Shown: one piece after another, positions 16,898 through 24,800 of the stretch
Layout: each line of letters opens with the position of its first letter
Numbering within the stretch: position 1 is the stretch's first letter
Made by a program: the position numbers and the translations under genes
Assembly (NCBI RefSeq): GCF_000299365.1
Contig: NC_018655.1
Location: forward strand, 1,380,001 to 1,412,000
Direction of reading: 5' to 3'
DNA length: 32,000 nt
From: Candidatus Nitrosopumilus koreensis AR1
Lineage (GTDB): Archaea; Thermoproteota; Nitrososphaeria; Nitrososphaerales; Nitrosopumilaceae
The notes under the pieces: generated by a model
What the model was told of the DNA's origin: nothing
Seen by the model: the letters and a program-made list of their open reading frames with translations, nothing else
Databases searched by the model: none

Positions 16898-19800
16898 TTA
16901 CTTGGTAGGTTTTTGTCTAAGAATAAAGACAGAAACAATTCCGATCGCAACCCCTATTGCTATTCCTATTGTTATTCCAGTTGCCAAGGACGAATTTGTT
17001 TCTTCAGAGGAAAATACCACATCTTTTTGAATGGATTCTTTTGTAATATTTTCAGACATTTCTCTTGTCTTTGAATCAGAAACAGGTTGTTTTGATTCTG
17101 TAATTATTTCTGTATTTTGTGAGATTGTTTCCGGAGAAATATCTGTAAATTTAGCTACAAGCGTGATTGGTTCAGTTGTGAAGTTTCCTCCAAACAAGGT
17201 AGAATGCGTCAACAGAGTATAAGTGCCAGTTTGATTGATTGGCACATACAACACAGTTGATGTATCATCTTTGTTTTTTACTGGAAAAAATCCACCACCT
17301 TGACTAAATGGAGTGTTTCCTAACCAGTCAAGTGATGGCCATCCAAGAAAATGACCAAACACACCAGAAGGAACATTTGTTTGAATTATTTGTCCCAAGG
17401 GGTCCATAACAAATACGGACAGATTTGTATCACTGTTTTTCCATGAAATTTCAATTGCTGCAGAATTTACAGATTCGTTTTGTATATCAAAGTAATATTG
17501 TCTCCAGTCACCTGCCATGTAACGATTAACCATATCAAATGCACCTTTAGTGTATCCATTTCCATAAAGAATACTGTCACTTTGTTTTCCTTTGAGCATA
17601 ATTGTAGAATCATTTTCTGTTACTGGTTCTGTTATTACAAAAGATACAGGTGCATTTACTTCATGCAAGTTACTCTGGAAAGTTAAAAATCCTTGATACA
17701 CACCAGTTTCTAAATCATCGGGAGTAACCAAAGTAACATCTATTGTTGAAGAATCATTAGGTGGAACAATTATCATTTCAGATTCAGGCCACAGCATAGA
17801 CCATTTATCATCTTGATAATAACTTGCAGATATAGTATAATCCATTGATGTTGAGTTTTGATTTGTGTTTCCTAACCAGTAAGAGTATCGTGTTGGAACT
17901 GGATAAACGCCAACTAGTGGAACACCATCAAATTTTTCATCTGGTTCTGAAATTCTAATTTCCTGAACGGTTCCCCAAGAGCCTCCTCTATTGACTAGAG
18001 ATATTTCATCACTAGTAACTTTTGTATCATTGTTATTATCCAACCAATCATACAGATACAAGGAAGATATTTTGATATCATCTGCAAAAACATCCGAAGT
18101 ATTATTCAGGAATTGATTAAAAGGAAAATTTACATTAAGAACCATCAAAGAAGATTCATCAGGAACAGGATTTTTCTCATCAAAAAAATCCATTAGATCT
18201 TCATGTTGTTTGACATCAGATAGTTTTACATAGTTTGGAGCAAATGTGTCAGTTTTGTTTAGTATAGAGTCCTGCTGTCTTGGTATTGTTGTTCCATTAA
18301 ATTGAGTTTGTTTGATTAAGGAAAGAGTTTTTGATTTCACATCAATTGAAAGTGGTATATCAGTAGGGTTTTTGATTGTAAAAGTTGCAGTTGTTCTGTC
18401 CCCGGCATTTAATTGTCCTGCAAACCAACTAGTCATTGGAAAGGAATGCGAAGGAAGTTTAAACTGTTCAAACCCTACTTTTGTAGAATTAAAATTGTCA
18501 ATTATAGGGTCAAGTATACTTTTGATGTTTTCATAAGAGTCATTGTTTGATACAATAAACACTTCGTTATTTCCGTGTACATAATCCAAGGCAGACTCTG
18601 TGTTTACCAAACCAGAGCCCTGAGTAAATGGATCATTGTTCATATCAGTTGCAGTGGACATGAGGATATTTTTTATTAAGAAGGGATCATAGTCTTGAGA
18701 TTGTTTTTTCATCTCTTCAATCAATATGGCGGCACTCCCAGATACTAGTGGTGCTGCCATGCTAGTTCCTCCAAATAATGAAAAGGATTCATCTTTGGAA
18801 TTTTTTTGAGTTTTTATCACATTTGAGGGAACAAACCCATGTGCACCCATACTCATCACATCAGGTTTCGGATCACCTATAGCTGTGGGTCCTCTGCTAG
18901 AAAAATCAACTACATGATTATAGTGTTCAGTAGAATTTCCAAATCTTGGTTGTTCTTTGAATGGGCCATAACCAACAAATACATTATTTGTAGTTGCCCC
19001 AACTGCAATTCCAAATGGAGATGCATTTGGCAATCCTATTGTTCCATATCCATGTCCAGAATTTCCAGCACTAGAAACCATGACAACTCCAGGATAATCA
19101 TCATCAAGTGAATGAGGAGTTGCAAGCATACTTTGAATTAAGGACAAGATATCCATTCCAGGTGCAGCATTAAATGATGGAAAATTCGAAACACCCCAAC
19201 TATTAGAAATTATATCTACTCGAGGTTTACCAGAAAATGTCCAACCATTATTTTCATTTTCAAATCCTGCAGACCACAACCATGCATAAACAGTATCTCC
19301 AAACCATAATGCCTTTACAGGTAAAATTTTGGCATCAGGTGCAACTCCTGTTATGGAATATTTTTTCGTGTCATTATAGATATCGTATGTTTCTTGTCCA
19401 CGTGAGATAATTGACGCAGCACTGGATGTACCATGCCCCATAAAATCAGTCATAATACCAAAGAATTCACCATCAGGATCTAATGCAGGTAAAAGCGTTC
19501 CATTAATTGCATTTAATGTATCATCAATTTCAGTAGAGTTGTTTCGAATGACACCATAAACATCTAAAACTTGTGCACCAAATGTTCCTGCACTATAATC
19601 ATTTTTTCCATCAGCATTTGAATCATAAACAAGAAACTCTTTGCCACTTCCTAGAACGATTGGTTTTTCATCGGTAAAATCAAAGTCATAGTTTGGTCTT
19701 TGACCAGAAGGCAGATCAAATCTAGTATAATCCTCCCACGATGTAGTCATGTCTGGAATTATAGTATCATAAACTCCAGGAATAAAAGAATCAATTACAA

Positions 19801-20704
19801 GAACAGGTACAACTTGAATTTTTGCAAGAGGTCCGCTTAATCCCCCTTGATATATCACACCCAAGTGATACACACCACTTTTTGATTTTATGTAGTTTCG
19901 ATTGTCTTGTCCAATTTTCATATCATTTGATAGTGTCCCGTTAAAAACTGGAGAAGAGCCAATTTGAGGAAAGAATGAATTGTAAATTGGAATATCACTT
20001 CCCTTTCCCCCCTTAGAGATATCAAGAAACACCCCTTCCTTTGTTACATACGCAGAGGAGGTCATATGTGGTGGGATTGGCTTACTATAATTTCGGATTA
20101 TTTCGTTTTCATCAATGTATGCAAAAAAAGTTGCATTTGTTAGAACAATCCCTTGTCCATCAGGATCAAGCATAATTGGATGATTAATTTCATCTCGTGC
20201 AAGAGAGTGTTGAATGTCAGGATTTGAGAAATCTACCCCCGTATCCACAATTGCAACTACTATACCATTTCCTGATGCGCCATAATTTTGTTTAGCATTG
20301 TTTGAACCAGTAATTACACCAATTCTTGAAGCATCTGGAATTAAATCATTTGATGAATGAAAGTCAAGTTTAGAATCCTCAATCACATGAAGGCCTTGTA
20401 CAGATAACATTGAAGCTGATTTTTCAGATAATAATGAAACATAAAAAAATCCATTATCAGACTGAGCCCCATAAATGGAGTTATTCTTAAGATAATCAAA
20501 ATTTTGAGAGTTTGTTCCAAAAATCAAATAACGTTTGAAATTATTTTCAATAAAAAAACTATTATCTATATCTATTATTTGAGAATCAAATTCAATTTTA
20601 TTTGGTTCATCTTGCAAATATACATCATCGCCAGTAAATGCATATGAGTTTGTTAGAACACATGATAAGAGAATGATTGAAAAGAAAATAGCCACTTTGG
20701 GCAT
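16898..20704 (-). CDS. Giant membrane-anchored subtilisin-family (S8) serine protease, pyrolysin/TPPII-like architecture
   Basis: Catalytic motifs are VAIVDTGVD (Asp), HGTSSAAS (His), SNSWG (oxyanion Asn) and GGTSMAAP (Ser). Signal peptide MPKVAIFFSIILLSCVLTNSYA; C-terminal TM helix TGITIGIAIGVAIGIVSVFIL followed by RQKPTK. The track start 20794 overlaps the upstream gene. I prefer ATG 20704, which begins the signal peptide. Confidence 0.9.
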   Translation of the reverse strand: MPKVAIFFSIILLSCVLTNSYAFTGDDVYLQDEPNKIEFDSQIIDIDNSFFIENNFKRYLIFGTNSQNFDYLKNNSIYGAQSDNGFFYVSLLSEKSASMLSVQGLHVIEDSKLDFHSSNDLIPDASRIGVITGSNNAKQNYGASGNGIVVAIVDTGVDFSNPDIQHSLARDEINHPIMLDPDGQGIVLTNATFFAYIDENEIIRNYSKPIPPHMTSSAYVTKEGVFLDISKGGKGSDIPIYNSFFPQIGSSPVFNGTLSNDMKIGQDNRNYIKSKSGVYHLGVIYQGGLSGPLAKIQVVPVLVIDSFIPGVYDTIIPDMTTSWEDYTRFDLPSGQRPNYDFDFTDEKPIVLGSGKEFLVYDSNADGKNDYSAGTFGAQVLDVYGVIRNNSTEIDDTLNAINGTLLPALDPDGEFFGIMTDFMGHGTSSAASIISRGQETYDIYNDTKKYSITGVAPDAKILPVKALWFGDTVYAWLWSAGFENENNGWTFSGKPRVDIISNSWGVSNFPSFNAAPGMDILSLIQSMLATPHSLDDDYPGVVMVSSAGNSGHGYGTIGLPNASPFGIAVGATTNNVFVGYGPFKEQPRFGNSTEHYNHVVDFSSRGPTAIGDPKPDVMSMGAHGFVPSNVIKTQKNSKDESFSLFGGTSMAAPLVSGSAAILIEEMKKQSQDYDPFLIKNILMSTATDMNNDPFTQGSGLVNTESALDYVHGNNEVFIVSNNDSYENIKSILDPIIDNFNSTKVGFEQFKLPSHSFPMTSWFAGQLNAGDRTTATFTIKNPTDIPLSIDVKSKTLSLIKQTQFNGTTIPRQQDSILNKTDTFAPNYVKLSDVKQHEDLMDFFDEKNPVPDESSLMVLNVNFPFNQFLNNTSDVFADDIKISSLYLYDWLDNNNDTKVTSDEISLVNRGGSWGTVQEIRISEPDEKFDGVPLVGVYPVPTRYSYWLGNTNQNSTSMDYTISASYYQDDKWSMLWPESEMIIVPPNDSSTIDVTLVTPDDLETGVYQGFLTFQSNLHEVNAPVSFVITEPVTENDSTIMLKGKQSDSILYGNGYTKGAFDMVNRYMAGDWRQYYFDIQNESVNSAAIEISWKNSDTNLSVFVMDPLGQIIQTNVPSGVFGHFLGWPSLDWLGNTPFSQGGGFFPVKNKDDTSTVLYVPINQTGTYTLLTHSTLFGGNFTTEPITLVAKFTDISPETISQNTEIITESKQPVSDSKTREMSENITKESIQKDVVFSSEETNSSLATGITIGIAIGVAIGIVSVFILRQKPTK

Positions 20705-20735
20705 CAAAGAATTTTTGTTTCTTACATTATTATAA

Positions 20736-21704
20736 CTATCTTCTTCGTGCCAAAATTGCAATCTGTAATGCCACAATAATTCCAATAGATGCAATTATCG
20801 GAAAAAGCAGGGAATTTAGTTGGGATGACGCTTCACTGATAAACCCCACAGAAGTAGAAATGGTTCCTGTACTTTCATCGATTTTATTACTTGCAGTTTC
20901 CAATGTAGTACCAAACCCTTCAATTTCAGATTGTAAAACATCTAGTTCTTTGGAAGTCTCATCTAAAATTGTGTTTAGTCTAATTATTTGCTCAGATATT
21001 CCACCTAGATCTTGACTCAAAACAGTTGTTGCAGCAGAACCATGAGATGTTGTGCCCTGGCTAAATGCTACAACATGAAACACATGTGTTCCCTCTTCAA
21101 TTGGAGTGTAATCGACATAGTACAGTCCTTGATGCAAAGTCTTAAAGGAATTAGTTAAAGTAACTGACATTCCTGAAGGCAAATGAACATGTGTAGTCCC
21201 AAGTAATTCAGCGGGTTGATTTCCTATCAACAGTCCGTCACTTGTTATTTGTACAAATACTCTGATTGGTTGATTTATTGCTGCAATCTCTGGTGCAAAT
21301 ACCAATGTGTTTACAATTCTCTGTACAGGAACATTAAGGAGATCAGCAGTTGAGGAAAACTGTACATCAATTTTTTTTGATATACCATCTTGTTCGGTAC
21401 TAATTACCTCAACAGTGTATGTCCCATATGGAAAATTAGTTGATGGTTGGGGCCATGTCAATAAAGAATAATTAAAAGAGCCATCAGGATTTGTAGTTAG
21501 TTGATCAAACTTTGCGATTGTTTCATCAGGTGCAAATAACCTTAGAATCAAATTCTCTTCGGGCAAACCAGTCCCATAAACTTGAAGATTATGTGATGGT
21601 GCATAGACTTTGCTGTTTGTAGATAAATCAAGTGCTGCATAAGAGTTTGGAATTTGCATCATTAACAATATAGAAAAAAATAGAAACAAAATCTGAAATT
21701 TCAT
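20736..21704 (-). CDS. Type-I membrane protein: signal peptide, two beta-rich domains, helical stalk, C-terminal TM anchor (SlaB-like architecture)
   Basis: The signal peptide ends at NSYA/A. Beta-sandwich-like segments (YGTYTVEVIS, GLYYVDYTPIEEGTHVFHVVAF) are followed by a stalk of about 60 aa, heptad-like by eye (ISEQIIRLNTILDETSKELDVLQSEIEGF...). Then come the TM helix LLFPIIASIGIIVALQIAIL and RRR. The function is inferred only. Confidence 0.75.
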   Translation of the reverse strand: MKFQILFLFFSILLMMQIPNSYAALDLSTNSKVYAPSHNLQVYGTGLPEENLILRLFAPDETIAKFDQLTTNPDGSFNYSLLTWPQPSTNFPYGTYTVEVISTEQDGISKKIDVQFSSTADLLNVPVQRIVNTLVFAPEIAAINQPIRVFVQITSDGLLIGNQPAELLGTTHVHLPSGMSVTLTNSFKTLHQGLYYVDYTPIEEGTHVFHVVAFSQGTTSHGSAATTVLSQDLGGISEQIIRLNTILDETSKELDVLQSEIEGFGTTLETASNKIDESTGTISTSVGFISEASSQLNSLLFPIIASIGIIVALQIAILARRR

Positions 21705-21778
21705 TTTAATTTATTGCCAACCTTCTCCTAGATATTACTTCTGGAAAAATTGTCTATAACTTTCGTTAAGTAGGATTC

Positions 21779-21794
21779 AAAAAAGAAAAAAGGG
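21779..21794 (-). terminator. Oligo-T tract (CCCTTTTTTCTTTTTTG on minus strand) after the S-layer-type gene
   Basis: It starts 15 nt after the TAA at 21810-21812 and contains two T6 runs. Confidence 0.45.
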
Positions 21795-21809
21795 TAATGT
21801 GAACTAGTT

Positions 21810-24800
21810 TTATCTTACGTTGATAGTTGTACTAACTGGTGGTGATAATGCCGTTGGATTATCAACAGACTCCCAAACGAATGCAGTTGCCGTGTAGGTT
21901 CCTGCTTGAGTTGGAATCCATGATAAAGCTGGGCTGAATGATTGACCAGCAGATAGTGAACCTGTAATCCATGCTAGTGAGACTGTAACACCGTTAGCAT
22001 CCTGAATCTGTACCAAGTATGCAAATGGTTGCTCTCTATCCTGACCGTTTGCTAAGTCAGCGCTGATTTGTACCTGTTGGTCAACGGAAACAGAATCTAA
22101 GCTGTTACCGAATGCATCAACGGTTCTCAAGTTAGCAGCTGGTGCTCTCTCGAGAGGTGGTACTACAGTGCCAATTAGTGAAGTGGCAGTAATATCAAGT
22201 TCATCTGCAGTTGTGTATGGATCAGGTAGTGTATTGTCCTCATATTCTGCAGTGACAGTGTCACCTTCTGAAACTCTGAGTCTGTGACCAGATGATTCAT
22301 CAAGGGTTGTGAAGAACACAGTTCCCTCAAAGATTCCGGTTGCCTCATTAGTCTCAGTTACAGTAAGGTCAATACCTCCGGCATCGGAGTCAGACCACAC
22401 ATCGACATCGAAGTTGTCGACTGCTTCTGGATCTAAGTTCATGTCTGGATCAATAATTCTTACAACACCTGTTCCGCTAGCTGGATAACTTGCTTCAAGC
22501 CATTGGACCTCACCGATGTTCCATCTGATAAGGGCAGAGCCTACAATTGTTTCATCCTCTGAGAATTCAAAGGAGACAGTAAGTCCGTCATCATCATCAG
22601 TAGCTAAGAAGCCACCTGTTGGACCGCTACCAGTTGTGGTACCGGTTACATCGCCTGTGTTACCATCACCGTCAGCATCATGGGCGGAGAAACCTGTGAG
22701 GATTACTTCACCTGTGAAGATGCCTGTGTCAGTACCAGTTTCGACGAGTTTGTAGTTGTTGAGCTTGTGTCCTCTGGTAGAGACCTTTATTGGATCTTTA
22801 TCAGTATTTCCAATCTCATCAACTAGATCACTGTCAAAGTTGTGATCTGGTGCGACAATGGTAATGTAAACTTTGTCAGTCCATGTGTATACTTTTTGGT
22901 CAAGTTCGACAGTTGCACCGAAGTTTGAAGTGTAGATTGTCAAGTTGACATCTTCATCTTCATCTCCTACATAATCAGATCCGGATGGACCCCAGTCAGT
23001 ATACTCGAGGACAATTTCTTCTCCTCTTTCTAAGTTATCACCATCTAAAGCATCAGGAATTTCGATGACAATCTGGAAGATACCAGTAGAGTCACCTGTT
23101 TCTCTGAAGTCAGTTGGTTCTGGGTCAAATGCGGCTGCTGCGCCACTAACACCCTTGTTACCCATGGTTGTTGTTGCGGCATCAGAGTCCCATTCAATCA
23201 AGTCCAAGTCATAGGTCTCAGCAGCATCATTGTCAAGATCAAGGTCTGGCTCAATGAGTGTTAAGATCATGTCGGAACCGATAATGTATACGGATTTGTC
23301 GGATTGCAATACACCATTTCTAAGATCAAAGGTAGCAGAGTCAGTAACAGTATTTTCGGAACCTGATGCATCAGCTGGATCAGTGTATTCTACTTGGAGG
23401 ATATCTCCTTGCAAGATACAGTATTCTGTTCCAGAAGGTGCTGCGGCATCGAATCTGTTAGTGTCAGCTGTACCAGAGGTACCGTCAAGTGCAGCATATA
23501 GTGTACTATGATTTGCACATGTGGTGGATGCTGGTCCGTCGGTGAATTTAATGTCTACATCCAACTCGTAAATACCTGCATCTGGGGCGATTTCATCAAT
23601 CTCACCGAAGCTTCTAATCTTGCTAGTGGAGTTGTTATCACCAACATCAATTAGTCCAGTGTTTCTTTCTGAAGCGCCTGCATAACCGAGAACGACTTTA
23701 CTTGAACCTCTGATTACAGAGATTTTAAGTGCGTCATCTTGGTTCATTACATCTTCACCAGATGGGTTTACGTCAAAGTCTGGGTCGTTAATTCTTACGT
23801 GAATTGTTAGATCTCCTGATGGCAACTCCTCATCAGAATCAATAGTACCAGAAATGCCTGTGGCATGTATTGGGAATACTGATCTTCCGTTTGGAGATGC
23901 GTTTGCAGTAGCTGAAGATTCGCCTACGGTACCAAATGGTACGGGGTAGACGGTTCTATCAAGACTGACTGAACCAGTGTTTGCTCTAACGCCTGCAGAA
24001 TCACCGACTTCAACGATTTCACCAGAGGCATCTCTAAAGTCAACATAGTTGACTTCAATGTCGAGACCAGTGGTTGATTCGTATTGTCCTGGAGAACCAG
24101 TAGTGGTGGTATCTGCATTTCTACACCAAAATGATGGTATTTGGAAGTCACCTACAAAGACACCAGTTTCTTTACCTGTTTCAATTAGAGTAAATCCAGT
24201 TGCACCAAGTCCAGTATCTGATAGTACATCTTCTAATGATGAAGTTGCAGTTGCAGCTTTACCATCAGATGTACATGTGTTTTCATCAGGTGTTTCCCAT
24301 TGAACATCATCAAATGTGACATCTAGTAATCTACCAAGTTCACCAAAGCTCAATGTTTGAGTTGTTTTGGAACCAACCATATCTTCGGTCTTTCCAGAAC
24401 CTTGTTCGACTACGGTAAAGATGTCAATGAGGTCAGAGTCTACGTTAAGATCTAAGTCTTCTAAAGTAATTACTACAGTATCAGCTATCTTGTATGAATC
24501 TTGATTAAATGATACAACACCAGAGTGGCTTGGAGCCTCTTCTTGATCAGATACAGGAGTTACTACACCATCTGCACCCAAGTCATTATAGTTGACTCTT
24601 GGTGCGTCTTCGTCAGTAAGATCCTCAATTACGATAAATGATGGATCATCTGCGATTGGTGTGATACCAGCAAAGGTATCTGCATCCTGTATGTTAATTT
24701 GGTTAACCATGATATACTCAAGTGAACCTTCGAAGGTACTTGTGTTATCACCTGTTTCTTCGGCCTCAATTCTGATTATTTGGTTTGCAAACCTTTCGCC

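Noticed and set aside
16898-17010. C-terminal TM segment of the subtilase as an archaeosortase sorting signal (PGF-CTERM/PEFG-CTERM type)
   Set aside because: No PGF or PEFG tripeptide precedes the helix (the sequence is ...SSLATGITIGIAIG...). It is treated as a plain C-terminal anchor. The same applies to the 322-aa protein.
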